A DNA stretch of 64,000 bases, taken from contig MCFE01000502.1 of assembly GCA_002104905.1 (NCBI GenBank), positions 1 through 64,000 of the forward strand. Reading direction: 5' to 3'. The stretch comes from Basidiobolus meristosporus CBS 931.73 (taxonomy: Eukaryota; Fungi; Basidiobolomycota). Under the pieces are notes generated by a model. That model worked only from the letters and a program-made list of their open reading frames with translations, did not search any database and had not been told where the DNA came from. Below, in pieces: positions 51,992 to 64,000 of the stretch. The translations under genes and the position numbers were made by a program. Numbering within the stretch: position 1 is the stretch's first letter; the number at the start of each line of letters is the position of its first letter.

Positions 51992-54790
51992 ACGTTGACT
52001 ATGGTTGAGTAACCTGGATGTGGCTGAATGTGTGATTGTTCAATGGATAAGCAAAACTAGGTAAATGACAATCCAAGACTCAAAGCTTGGTGTGTTCGTT
52101 GAGCAATTTATTTAAATTAGCTCGAAGGGCCATCCAATCATCGGAGTATAAGACTGAGGTTACACTGAGATCTCTTGATTGAACAGCCTCGCGAGAAATT
52201 TAATGGGACGCATGTTTTATCCCTTGTACTCTAGCCATTTAAACCGCCATATTTATCAAGAAGACAGCAACCACCAGGCTACAATAGCACAGTGATATGA
52301 ATGTATTACTTGCCAATCTTCGTGATTGGTAGTGTATAGGCACGACACCCGGATACTAAAATTGATCAGCTTCACTGATGCGAGTCCATTTCAGACCTAA
52401 GCCATAGCCAAGCTATTCGTCTCCTCCTTTAGACGTTATCACTGATAATACTCCATGTTTCTGTTGCCCAATTCAAGGATTTAATCAGTTATTGCTGAAT
52501 CCATGAGTCATGGGACATAAACACAGCAATGAGACCTCATCTATTAAATTATGCCACACAAAGACAATTTACACTAAATTAGAGATTGGTGTTGGAGATA
52601 CCCTAGCCCAGTTACCGAAGCAATGGATTACCACGTCCACACCATCAGATAATGTACTTCATGACCAAGCGCCCATTTTGCAATCGCAGCACCTGGCTAG
52701 TTGTGAGGATCGAGGAGTGTTTGCCGCTTTGGGCTTGTCCTACTTTAAGGAGTCTGCATCCGGTTTCAAATGATAAACTGTTTAGTGTTGGCTTACAGTA
52801 AAACATGGAGTCCACGTCACCAGCTGATGCCTTACTCTAGCCTAATCCATAACTCCAGCGACTAAGGATTAGTTGCTGGTCTAGACTCATACATATGGAA
52901 CATCCTAGTGTCACCAGCCGTCTCAACAATAGGGGTAATCCAATTTAGCAGGATGCTTCAGGGACAACCTGTAATATGAAAACCCAGCCCGATCCGGCAG
53001 TTTGCTGAACCAGTGATAAGAGCCTGGCATTCGGGTTTAGTACGTAAATTAATTCAGGTTCGAAATGGGAGGGCCCACTTGACATGCTCACAATCCCCTG
53101 CGCGAAGGAAAGAGCACCTTTTCCATTGATTATGGCAAGTGACCCGTGCCGATCTATACAAACTACGAGCACTTGGGAACGATATGTGATCACACGATCG
53201 TTTTCTGTGTTTCCATTAGTAAGGCACCTAGCCTACGCCTGAAGGATGCATATACCGAGGACCCAAGTGTGCGACAACTAGCCGCACTTTGTGCCGGAGG
53301 GATGTGAGCCCAGTATAGTATCAATGATCACGGATTAGGATTTTTATGAAGCACACGAACATGATATTGCTATCTTGTAGTGATGGCTACTAGGGATTCT
53401 AGCCATCACCTGACCAAATCTAAATGGTAAGCCTTCGGGATGGCCTGCATGCTTAGTAGTAACGAATCGCTTCCGAGCCGCCCTGGAGACTGATTCGTAA
53501 CCATGATTTGTGCAGAGAGCTCCTTTATCGTTGGGGTTAGACTCTGAAACTTAAAGAAACTTTCGAGGAGTCCAAAACCCTGCTATAGCACTTCTATGCT
53601 TCAGACCTAGGAAGTTGAATGAACTTCACACTTCTAGTTGAGTATGAGGCAGCCGGCTGTGTAGTAGGCTTTGCCTCACCTGCCGATCATTGCTGATTTA
53701 CTGGTCCAAGAAAGGCTTTATATATGAGCCACAACTGAATTCGATCAGAGAAATTATTGGAGCAAGGAAACTTGGCATTGGGGAGCTATTCAGCAATACG
53801 GAGCTTTCAAGCATCAGAATTTTTCATGCCCGTCGATTAATACTTGAAACTCGCCAACGTGCTATACTGGTTCTAAACGTTTGTAGTGTTTGAGCCGCTT
53901 ATTAAGGTTAGCTGTGATACAGTGCACAAAGTGACTCAAACATCCGTGGATAAAGGCCGTTTTCAAATCATATTACTGAACGGTTCAACTTTCCAGATGC
54001 AAAGTCCCCTGGAAGTTGATGAAAACTAAGCCTCAAGCCACACTTTAATCTATTCGAGCTATATGGGGTATCCTAGACCTGAATTGATCAGTCAGACTTG
54101 CTCTTATTAGAAGATTGCCAAACGATATTCGATGATTTTCCTTGCACTGTAATTGTTACAGGATCCGGCTATTTCATTCATAATACGTAACTTTCATCTC
54201 GAGTCGGCATTAAACTATAGCCACTTGCTAATATAAGTAACCTCGTATTTGTTTATGGAATACACCATGGATGATCCCTTTGTGGTTATCATTACACATA
54301 GCATGTTGGACTAGTGAGGGATATGGGGGCAATCCCTCAAAGGCCAGCAAAACAGTGGTACTTTTGCGTACATTTGTGCGAGCGAGTTGCTAACCTTGGC
54401 GACTTGAAATTATGATGCATTCTTCCCCTAGGAAGTCACAGTCTCCCAAAAAGTTGTCACAAGCAATACGTCCACCACTGAACGTAACACACAGGCCAAC
54501 TCATTGTTTTGTAGTTGGTCACTAGTTGTGATGGATCATGAAAATTTCAACTGAATGCTTGTTGTGATTAAGTCACGTCACCTGAGAGCCTTTATCAGTT
54601 TGAGACTCGTTTTAACTTCTTTGATCCTGAATATTACCCTACACTTAGCACTTCAAGTGGCACTTCCCTACGTTGTTTTATATCATTACTTTATTAATAA
54701 TTGACACTTTCGTCTCACTTTCACCTTCTAATTAGCTAAAAGACCGCTAGAACCTCTGAATCCACGAAGCTGACCCACAAAGCTACTCAT

Positions 54791-56906
54791 ATGCGGTCAG
54801 CTTTTTCCTCTCTATCTCTGTTTCGAGAATCAGAGTTCCAGCAGTTAGATTCCGGCGGCAGTCTATTATTTCTCGATGGGCACTCACGACAACATCCGAC
54901 AATTATAAATTTCTTCACTTCACCTTACTTTATCCTACTCGTACTCTTAGTAAGTTTGGGTCAGGTTAGGTTTTACCTTGCTATTTTACTGATGAACTTT
55001 AGGCCCTATTAGTGAACCGTATTAACACCCTGGTGCCACTCCATCCCCCAAGAGTGCTCTCTATATTTTCAAGAGTGTGTTTACGAGCTCCTGGAATCGT
55101 GAGTCTTACCCAGGCCAATCTATGGCTAGCTTCCATAATCTTATCAGAATACAAGTTGGATCCGGAGGAGTTGCTCATATTAAGGAATCTAGATCTATTC
55201 GTCCAGAAACCCAAATATACTTCAGAAGATGCTTTATGGTGGCTGTTTTTGACTATGGGGCTAGTTACCTTGGTGAGGGTGTTTGTGTCTTGTGTAGAGA
55301 ATCAGTATGTCCATTTTTTGTAAATTCGCCAACTGCCTGGTTTGACTAAATAGCATCACGTTCTTCACTTAGAGCGCCAGCCTACGAGCAAACGATGACA
55401 CTAACTGAATGGGGATTTATGTTTTACATGCACCACAAAGGCGACGCGTTGATTGTAGCTTTAATCCAAAGCCTTACTATGCTTACCATTGAGGTTATAG
55501 AAATCCATCCTCGAGGGAAAAAGTACCGGCTTATTCCAACGACAGTGTGGGGAGTAACCGGCCTTGTTCACTTTATATACGCTATATGGCATCGTTCTTT
55601 CACTTACCCAAATATTCAAATTTTGACCCGCCTTCCGGAAGTTTTGGTTATAGTGATTATTGCGATGTTCGCACTATTGCACGGCCTTGTATATATATTC
55701 ACCGGAGGAGAGGGAGCTAGTGAGATATTAAGCTCCGTAGATCTCCCCCAACTTGGAGAGGACTATACGCTGGCGGTTTTTAGATTAGGCACTGCGTGCT
55801 TGGAAGCTGTACGAAAAGTGGGATTAAGAAATGAAGTCGAGTCTGTATATGTACCGCGGTGCACTTACTTCGATTTGCCAAGCGAGCCATCCGCAAAGAG
55901 TAGAATACTGAAACTAGGATTTAACAACGAGATACAAGACTCTATTCCAATTCAAAGCAATCGGCCAAACCCCGTGTCAATCCACTCTATTTATTGGGGC
56001 ACTTTGGTTAAAGATTTCATGACCTCATTGTGTCAAGCGGCCAAAGTGTGGGCACGTTTAGAAATTAGAAGGCTATTTCGATTCGCTCGGGGTATCGGCA
56101 TAGACTGGTTTTTTCCTGATGGTTCAGAAGAAGCCTCCGGCGACATTCTGAAATCAAACAACGCTTGGAACATGAAGCATCCCACCTTGGCATCTCATCA
56201 GCAATTGTACACGAGATTCCTCAGAAGCGTATCTCCAGCCACAGACGTCACTGATTTTTGGGATGAGGAAGATGACGATGATGATGACTTTACCCCTGCC
56301 GTGGATAACGAACAAGCATTGCTCGATAGTGAAGAAGAATTTGGACCAGATGTGTTCAGCACAGATACCCAGAATGGGCACAGTAGCATAGCGGGCCGTC
56401 AATGCGCGAACGAGATGTCGTCCGAATATGTCTCAAGCGATGAGGACCTTGGAGATAATAACGAAACTCTAAATCTTATCTCTGAGATCATGCAAGACTC
56501 TGAAAGCGACTCTGATACTTCAGTAGAATCTACAGTGACTCAGACTATCGCACCTAGTGTGGCCAGCGCCCCGGCCATATCCACGCTCTATGCACATATG
56601 TTCCACCAAGGATCGCCAATGACACGACGCCGCTATCATACATTAAATAGGCATATTCAAATTGCCTCTGAAATGCAACTCGTGGAGTCCATCCTCACCC
56701 ATCGAAATAGGACACGCACCACTACCCAAAACTCCGCCGTAACATGTGTTGTGTGTATGAACCATCCGCGCTCCGTGCTTCTCAGGCCATGCAGGTGTCT
56801 TTGCTTGTGTGATTCCTGTCGAATTGACCTAGCTAGACGAGACATCGACCGGTGTCCTTGCTGCCGACGATTGGTCGAAGGGTATAGTAAGGTATACCTT
56901 GTTTAA
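54791..56906 (+). CDS. ASI3: Multi-pass membrane RING E3 ubiquitin ligase, Asi1/Asi3-like (3 exons)
   Basis: N-terminal TM helices (FFTSPY...; TRLPEVL), acidic low-complexity middle, C-terminal RING CVVC...R...LRPCRCLCLCDSCR...LARR...CPCCR...VEGYSKVY. ASI1 versus ASI3 cannot be resolved. Confidence 0.8.
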
Positions 56907-57147
56907 TTTCGCATCTCCATTCCGTCAAGCCTGCCTGATGTTGCCAGTCTAGAAACGGCCCTCTATGTCTATGTGGATATACAGAGACCCTCGCCAAACC
57001 CCTCACACAGCATTGCTGATTCCAAATTTACTGCAACTTTGCATGTCATCATCAATAAAGTCAGGCCATTTATGTAGGGTTGAATACCAACACTTCATTG
57101 TTGGAAGAAAATAATGCTGTATGAAATCAATTCGACAAATTCATGCA

Positions 57148-57755
57148 TTAAAGACCCACTCTGTATTCGTAAATCTTCGTGGTGTAATATCCAGCCCAGA
57201 GTAGAGAGAAAAGTCCAACATGTAAAGATCCCTTGGATCTATTTTTCTTTGCATCCTTCAGGGTCACAGCAGAGAGCCCACAGCACACACCTAAGGCATT
57301 CCAGTCTAATTAGACATGATTGTTACGGAAGGATATTTGATTAGACCCTACCTGCTGCCAGTTCTTCACCCAAATCTTGATTTTGGCTTAATATGTAAGC
57401 GGCTGTTCCAAACAACGCGGCAAATCCGTATCCCAAACCAGTTTCGAATACTGAAATTTTTATAGGGAAGGGGCGCCTTGGGCAACTCTTTGGGTCCTCA
57501 AGATCTTTCTCATATTTGATAGCTTTGGGTCTACATGAGAGCATATTCCAAGTTGTACAGACAACACCTAAAAGAGGGTGCTAAATTAGAACTCCGATAC
57601 ACATCAACTTGATGGTTTCCCTATTATTTCAATTGATCAGCCGATCACCTACATATAGTTCCAAGAACGATGGTGGGATGGCATTTCCCGGTTGGTAAAC
57701 GAGATATGATCGCGTTTGGTAATGTGTTCGACAAGTATGCAAGAACCACGTACAT
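57148..57755 (-). CDS. Small multi-pass membrane protein, possibly Aim19/TMEM14-like (3 exons)
   Basis: Spliced product ...LGYGFAALFGTAAYILSQNQDLGEELAA|GVCCGLSAVTLKDAKK...SLHVGLFSLLWAGYYTTKIYEY; family call from vague pattern memory only; start codon uncertain. Confidence 0.4.
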
Positions 57756-58809
57756 GGTAGTGGTGGTATGGGAGACGAAAGGTAGAGTAAAGTGACGTTA
57801 CAGGAAAATAACTTCGGCCTGCAAGATTGATGAATCCTGGAATTAACTAAGGAATGCCAAGTCCGCGCGGACAAAATATTTATATGCAACTGAACATGGA
57901 CATCAAATCTCCTAGATGGACAAGAAGGGTCCACAAGTCGCCTGGAACAATCCAACATACATTGGACTAAATCTAGATCTGATAAAGAAACCACTTGACA
58001 ACATGGGCTTAGCCATTGAAACCCAAATGACTGTCTTCAAGCCGATGTACTGATTGAAGCATCCATTTGATTAGGGATGGATCTGGTCTGGCCATCACCT
58101 AATTAGTACGTGATTATAAATCCCTGGAATTTCGGAGGTTGATTAAACTGGTGATTAACATGACAAAACATTTGAAGTCATTTTGTTTATTTGTATTTGA
58201 TGCCTGCTATCACAAACTTAAGCTGTAGATAACAGAGTTGTTGGGGTTGGCACAACACTCTAGATATCCGGCGAGTATACATTGATCAAGAATCCTATAC
58301 CTATGTCTGCCGACTAACATGGTAAGCGGTTTACCATGTCTTGACCGACGCTTCCAGGAAAGATGTTTTATCTTATCCATACTGCAATCCCGGACAATCG
58401 TTTCTCTAGGTAAGTGTGGCCATAGTGTATCTTTTTAGATTGTTGAAGCTGTTACACAAGTCACAGATACACTGTTGCTTTACTACATGATTCTTCAGCC
58501 TGTATCATGATTCCATTGGCTTATAAGTATAGCATTGCTGAAACCCTTTAAATAAATATGCAGATATCTGTTACTCATTCATATTTCCCCGCATCCTGTT
58601 TATACAGCCAATGTTGTCGAGGTTTCAGTCAATACTGATTGGATAAGCTAATGCTCATCAAATGCATTGTATATTAGACGAGGTGGTCATCAATATTGCG
58701 GATACTAGTGCCGATACAGATGTAATCAGTTAGCTTAATTTCGAATCAAATGCGTAAACTCTCCGCCCTGAATATATTAGTAAGTTAGTATGAGCACATC
58801 CACTAATCA

Positions 58810-59118
58810 TCACTCATTTCCAAATTTGGATTTTAAGTGAATACCTGAAGGCACAATTTTATCAACTCTCAAAAGCAGGATTCGCGCGAGTTTCTCTAAT
58901 TCTTCTTTATTCCCTCAAGTCTTCATTTTTTGTTGGTACACAACATCAATAGACTCTTTGAATACCACTACACACATTTCACTTGAACAAACCTGAGCTA
59001 AATTGTTGCCTATCGCCAACAGCTTTGCCATCACCATACAATCTTCAACATTTTCCAATGTTTGATCCTGGTTAATTTTCTCCAACTATATCTTTATTAT
59101 TACTTGTCTACCGCCCAT
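58810..59118 (-). pseudogene. Short stop-interrupted coding-like fragment
   Basis: Single frame MGGRQVIIKI*LEKINQDQ...QKMKT*GNKEELEKLARILL...KFGNE* with two internal stops; no family recognised. Confidence 0.2.
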
Positions 59119-59351
59119 TTTGACGCCCTAACCAAATTAATTCGCTTTACGAATATACTCCAAGCTTCACCTACATCTCATAGAAAGCAGGTTGGTTCTA
59201 GTCCAAATGCTTTCTTTCGTAGGCAATATTGCTAACAAAAAATTACTAAACAGACTTACGATTCTGGTGCTGCGCGGCCTATATCTCCCTCTTACATATT
59301 TTTGCAAAAAAACTTCGCAATTTTCCCTGTCAAAGTCCTCCTTTATCCACA

Positions 59352-60065
59352 ATGGCAAGGATAACTGGTACCAACTTTTCCCAGCCTCGTCTCATCAATC
59401 CTCCTACCCTCGTCGAGTATAAGAACCTCCGGTTCGTGATTGCAGATGCTCCTTCGGACAACAATCTTGCGCTCTACCTAAAGGTACGAAACTTTAGATC
59501 TTTGCACTTGAAAAATGTTTTTGATGAGTTTTTCTTCGCTTTCTAGGAGTTTGAAAAGTACAATGTAGTGGATGTAGTTCGGGTTTGTGAGCCAACCTAT
59601 TCTAAAGAGCTCCTCGAGAAAAAAAACATAACTGTTCATGTAAGAATCCTATTTTTCTTTCCGAGCTAGCACCTTATTGAACCAAGTATTCACAGGATTG
59701 GAGCTTTCCCGACGGAGATGCACCGCCCCATACCATTGTTAACAGTTGGATGGAGCTAGTTAAAAAGCGCTTCGGAAAAGATAATGAAGTCACCAACCAT
59801 TCGATTGCTATTCATTGTGTAGCTGGCCTCGGGAGGTTAGCATATATACTTGTTGGCCCTCTAACCCTTTGTACAGCCCGTACTAACATCACAATATAGA
59901 GCCCCAGTTTTAGTTGCAATTGCTTTGGTTGAATACGGTATGGCTCCTCTGGATAGTGTGTCGTTCATACGTGAGAGACGCAGAGGAGCAATCAATAACA
60001 AGCAGCTTCGTTATCTTGAAACTTATAAACGCCGTTCCAAAGGCGAGAAGTGTATCATCAGTTGA
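59352..60065 (+). CDS. PTP4A: PRL / protein tyrosine phosphatase type IVA (prenylated), 4 exons
   Basis: [19 protein letters not shown]; VVRVCEPTY; DWSFPDG; P-loop IHCVAGLGR|APVLVA; [10 protein letters not shown]; C-terminal CAAX CIIS. Confidence 0.95.
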
Positions 60066-60614
60066 AGCATACCGCTAGCAGCACACTCAATGATGGTTCT
60101 TGGCCGATCTCCTCGTTTCGTGGCATTTCTTTACTTCTCCACATCATATCAGTTACCACCTATATTACCTCTTTCCATCATTTCTCAATATTTTTAATGA
60201 CTCCGGTAAACCTTGGATGGATTCCCCAACCCTCACTCCTTCACCAGTAGTTCAAAAATGCCCATTCGTTCATGTTACTCACCCATTCTCATTCTCAGAC
60301 TCCCCCTCGATTTTTCTCTTGATATATGAATTAGTTTATTGTAATAGTTTGTCGGAGCTGAAACGGCTTGACCCTCTATAAAGTCCGCATGAACAATATA
60401 TTTGAATGTTGTATATACTGCTCCTCAAATAGCTGAGTAACATTAGTAGCTATTGCCTCATTGTTGCACAACGAATGGATCACTTCACAGATACCGTGGG
60501 AGCGTGACCCTAGGTTTAGTTGATTTGACTGCCATTAGCCATTCTGAAAGCCTCGCAATTATTACGCGGATGACGTTTGAGCTGAGTTTGAGATGATGAC
60601 TGAATATTCCATGG

Positions 60615-61494
60615 TCAGAATTCTAGATCATGTTCCATGATCAATGCTTCAAGGAGTCTATCAGTCAATAATTGCAGGCGGTATAGCACGATATATGACC
60701 TCGATTTAGGAAACATTAAATACTCTTTTAATGAAACAACCGAAGCGCTACTGGAAAGTTGAGGGTGAATGGAATATTCAAAAGAGAATGGATTTATACT
60801 TGCTGGATTATAGGGTTGAAATAAGGTCCCGTTTGCAAGCACCTGATTCATAAGAGTGTGCTGGGAAAAGTCCAAAAGTTGCGTGACCAGGTTGAATTAG
60901 TTTTGGATAATGGTGAAGATAATGATCAGTTCGATGTAATCCAGAGCACCAGAAAACAAAACTTATACTCAGTGGATGTCACAACCTAATTAGAAAAGTT
61001 ATGCTTGTATATACACCAACTGGCACACTTGGTGTCACAATAAACAATGGGATTAAGCGATCGACCCGAAGGTTTCTAGCTTTTCATACGGATTATCCAA
61101 GATATAATTGGCACAAAAATCATACTACTCCATGTGCTGGTTCGCAATACGGTCGAGGAGGATTTGATTGTTATCGGTGAGTGCCAAGTTCAATCCATTC
61201 TCCGCCAGAAAGCCTTCAAGCTTTACAGCTGGGTGAAGTGACCGGTAAGTTTTAAACTTCATTTATTCTTGTGGAAAATTCAACTTCTGGCATTTTGCAA
61301 CAGTAATTCTGATACGCAGTAAACAAGCCAAATATTTTGTGCATCTCAGTCCTATCGTTGGATACAATGTTTTCAAGAAACTGGGCCAGGTCAACACTCT
61401 CAAAGGGCAACAGGCTGTTCTGCTCTTTCTGAATGTGTTGGGCCAAGTCTATTAGCCTTTCTTCTTTTCCCGATCTAACTCCGAAGGGCAGCAC
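60615..61494 (-). pseudogene. Gene remnant lacking its 5' end at a transposon junction
   Basis: The frame starts right at the element boundary (61495), has a frameshift near 61255 and an in-frame TAG near 61125, then continues in spliced fragments; family not identified. Confidence 0.45.
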
Positions 61495-61495
61495 G

Positions 61496-62809
61496 TTGGG
61501 TTAGGGAGAGGGAAAGCCACTAAGGTAGGTGCAATCTTTATTTGAATTCAGATAAGCCTAACTACAAATAATGGATTAGGGGAGAGAGGGATGATAATGT
61601 AGGGCTAGGGGTCTAAATTCTTTTATTAAATCTGATAAATTATGATAATACTATTTCAACTTGATTCAAGCTTAATAGAGCAAAGGGTTAGGGGAGGGAA
61701 AGTCACCAAGGTAGGTGAAGGGTTAGGGGGAGGAAAGTCACCAAGTGGTGAAATCTTTATTTACTTATGACAAGTATCCAAAGAAGCCATGTTAATCTGA
61801 AGTAATTCCTAGAAAGCTAGGGTAGGGGGAGACAGTCACCAACAGGTGAAATCTTTATTTCAGTAGAAACAAAGAAGCCAGCGCTACTGTTGTAGCTTTG
61901 GTACAAGAGTGTGTAGCTGAGGGGAATTTGTAGGTAAGTTAATAAGAAGTGATGATAGCTCTTCAGTGCTCAACACACTGTTCAGTGGGAAGGGGGGTAG
62001 CAAGAGAGGTAAGAATGACTTGTGAACAACATTAATGAGGGGAATGTGATAAGGATTGATATTCATCATAAAGGGAGTGTGCTGCTGCAGATATTGCTGC
62101 CAAAGGTCTGTCAAGTACTTCAGGTAGGCCAGCTTGGGTTTTTCTGACTGCCGAATATAATGAGCAAACTTCTTGACTTCAGGATCTCCAAGTATAGCTC
62201 TCCAGCAGGAGCCAGGTGTAGTGTGGTGTGTTCTCTTCCAGGCCTTAATCAGTGAGTTGTTGCAGTTGTGAAGTCTGAGATATGATCTGGTTCTAAGGTA
62301 GAGAAGTCTGATCTTATAGGGCATAAACCCAAAAGCACCAAGAATAGCATGTCTGTAGGGGCATTCAGGCAAATGAGGCACCAAGGAGGTAATGCACCAT
62401 ACTGCAAACTTGTCAAGCTTAGTGCAGTCTCTAGAAATAAGAGAGAGAAGTGGTAAGCCAAATTCCAGGACAGGGAAGACAAACTGCTTGAGTAGAAGGA
62501 GGCAGCTGGGAGCTGAAGTTTTAGGAGGAGTAACAGCCAGTAGCTTGTGGAGTGCCTGTCTTGCCAGGATAATTCTCTTCTTCAGGTGTGCTCCAGAGTC
62601 TAGTCCAGTAGGAAGGAAAGGAAAGCCAAGATATGTAGCAGAAACCTGAGCAGGTAGAGTGGAGTTCTCCAAGTTGATGGGAGAGCCCAAAGGTACTGTC
62701 TTTGCAATGGAAAGCTGGAGATTATTCTTGTTGTGCATCAACATTTAAAACTTTGTCAATTTTACTCCGTTTGAAAATCTAGTACCCTAACTGATTTTCC
62801 CTAACCCAA
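61496..62809 (-). mobile_element. 5'-truncated non-LTR (LINE-like) retrotransposon fragment: RT C-terminal/thumb ORF 61884..62744 plus repetitive 3' region
   Basis: NNLQLSIAK...ATYLGFPF...HLKKRIILARQALHKL...LLLLKQFVFPVLEFGL...KLDKF resembles the post-YADD region of non-LTR RTs; no YADD or endonuclease is present; strongly CpG-depleted; ends carry an inverted TTGGGTTAGGGA. Confidence 0.75.
61498..61859. repeat. Four imperfect copies of a unit of about 40 bp, GGGTTAGGG-GAGGGAAAG-TCACC(N4-6)GGTGA-AATCTTTATT, plus partial copies
   Basis: Copies start at about 61498, 61685, 61720 and 61817; partial copies at about 61573-61625. Confidence 0.85.
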
Positions 62810-64000
62810 ACATAACAAATCCCAGTTACAGTTTATTTGATCCCACCTCAGAATCTATTTTTAGCTATCACACCTGATCTATTTTCAAATGGTCATCAAG
62901 TTATCAACCTATCTGCCAAGCCTTCCCAGGTGATTAGTCATCTGAGATCTATCCAACCATTGTGCAGCTGCCAAGACATCAGTTGATTGATGATGTAATT
63001 TTCATTTATCTTATGCACCTATGAACACCCAAATTGATTTCCATCAATCCAGTCTCTTGGCGCTTACTAATTCAACTTGATCAGAAAAGTATAAATAAAG
63101 TGTACTGAACCTTTTGGTTTAGTGTGTGTCTCAACAAAATTAAGATTCTGTCTCAGCAAAAATAAGAATCCAACAATTCCGTTCTAGTTTCTATCCAAGC
63201 CTAGTATATCTAGCACTCCAAAGAACACCAAGCCTAGCCTGCCTAGCAAACAAATATCATTGCCTTTATAGCCAACCCAGCTATTTCCAAGACCAATATT
63301 AGATCAGAATCTTTCTGCTAATATTTCCGCCACTCTCTGACAATTCTAAGATTCTGCACTTAATTGTCCCTTTGGTTCAGTTAAACCATTCAAGAGTTTT
63401 ATTACACTTTCTCTTGGATACAACATTTTTTTCGTTGAATTCCATTACATTCAGCCAATTAGAAGATGTCCTCAGCAGCAAGCAATCCAAACCTTTCCAT
63501 GTTGGAAGAAGCCAGAAGAAATCAGGAAGAACTTACTGAACAGCTTGAAAACATCATGCTTGAAAGAAATACCATGATGATTGAGCACTCAAAGCTTGCC
63601 AAAACAAGATCTGATAATCACCGTAGAGATGAACTCCTTGAAGTTATATCCAGTTTCCAAGATGAAATTGGAATAATTAAGGAAGCACTGGAGAATATTG
63701 CCATAGTAATTGACAGCATTGAAAATCCACCAAGCCTTGCTCTGCATCAGCCACCAAGAAGTCATGCCTTTGAATCCTCCAGATCTACATCTCCTTCTAG
63801 ACCTGCCCTGGTGGTTGTCCCAAGATCCTTGCCTGTTTATGCTGAAGGCACCCATGCCATCAAGAATCCAACTGAGTTTCTTTACAAGTTTAGTCACGTC
63901 TTAGCTGCACACCAGCTAGACCCTGACACCAACTGGGCTAGACTTCTGCCTCTCTGTCTCACAATGCAAGATGCTGACTGGGTTGAAGTGAACATTCCTT
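62810..64000 (+). mobile_element. Ty3/gypsy-like LTR retrotransposon 5' region: possible LTR/leader and gag ORF starting at 63466, open to the window end
   Basis: Coiled-coil N-terminus, then VPRSLPVY...IKNPTEFLYKFSHVLAAHQLD...WARLLPLCL...DWV, resembling retrotransposon gag capsid N-terminal domains; CpG-depleted; AATAAA and TCTCAACA near 63095-63135 could mark an LTR end, but no PBS was recognised. Confidence 0.65.

Noticed and set aside
53040-53115. tRNA T-loop-like GGTTCGAA and a U6 ISL-like CCCCTGCGCGAAGGA
   Set aside because: No T-stem complement, D-arm or acceptor stem, and no ACAGAGA box upstream.
53380-53410. 10-bp hairpin GTGATGGCTA...TAGCCATCAC
   Set aside because: Isolated single stem with no repeat copies or associated feature; plausible by chance in 64 kb.
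1-64000. Selenoprotein (in-frame TGA in a redox motif), non-canonical splice sites, CRISPR arrays, rRNA
   Set aside because: None seen; the introns I assembled resolved as GT-AG and no in-frame TGA fell in a CxxU-type context. A by-eye scan is not exhaustive.

Overview
Eukaryotic, intron-rich DNA (short canonical GT-AG introns, mostly about 50-100 bp). The gene set (PRL/PTP4A phosphatase, PPP4R1, RNase Rh-like T2, Mif2, Asi-like RING ligase, Crh-like GH16, Atg26) points to an early-diverging (non-Dikarya) fungus; this taxonomic call is inference. About 18 apparently intact genes were hand-spliced: PAQR receptor, MIF2/CENP-C, a double zinc-ribbon protein, EMI1-like, Kre9-like GPI protein, PPP4R1, RNase T2, a full ABCC transporter, ATG26, a Cys-repeat type I membrane protein, a tandem-PAS protein, GH16, a BAR-PH-PH-C2-RasGAP, an ASI1/3-like E3, PRL and a few hypotheticals. 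Between them lie stretches of decayed, coding-like DNA. Retroelement-derived blocks at about 4.0-5.5 kb (Ty1/copia relic) and 61.5-64 kb (LINE-like RT fragment plus Ty3/gypsy-like gag) are almost free of CpG. No rRNA, tRNA or CRISPR could be supported. Best leads: (1) an ABCC protein whose NBD1 has lost the Q-loop, LSGGQ signature and D-loop and which carries a long repeat-bearing linker; (2) a LINE-like RT fragment bracketed by inverted telomere-like GGGTTAGGG motifs with tandem AATAAA-hairpin-CCCTAACCC 3' units; (3) a RasGAP fused to an N-terminal BAR-PH module; (4) a PAQR with apolipoprotein-like 22-mer helical repeats. All calls are by-eye motif recognition with no database searches; exon boundaries are provisional.
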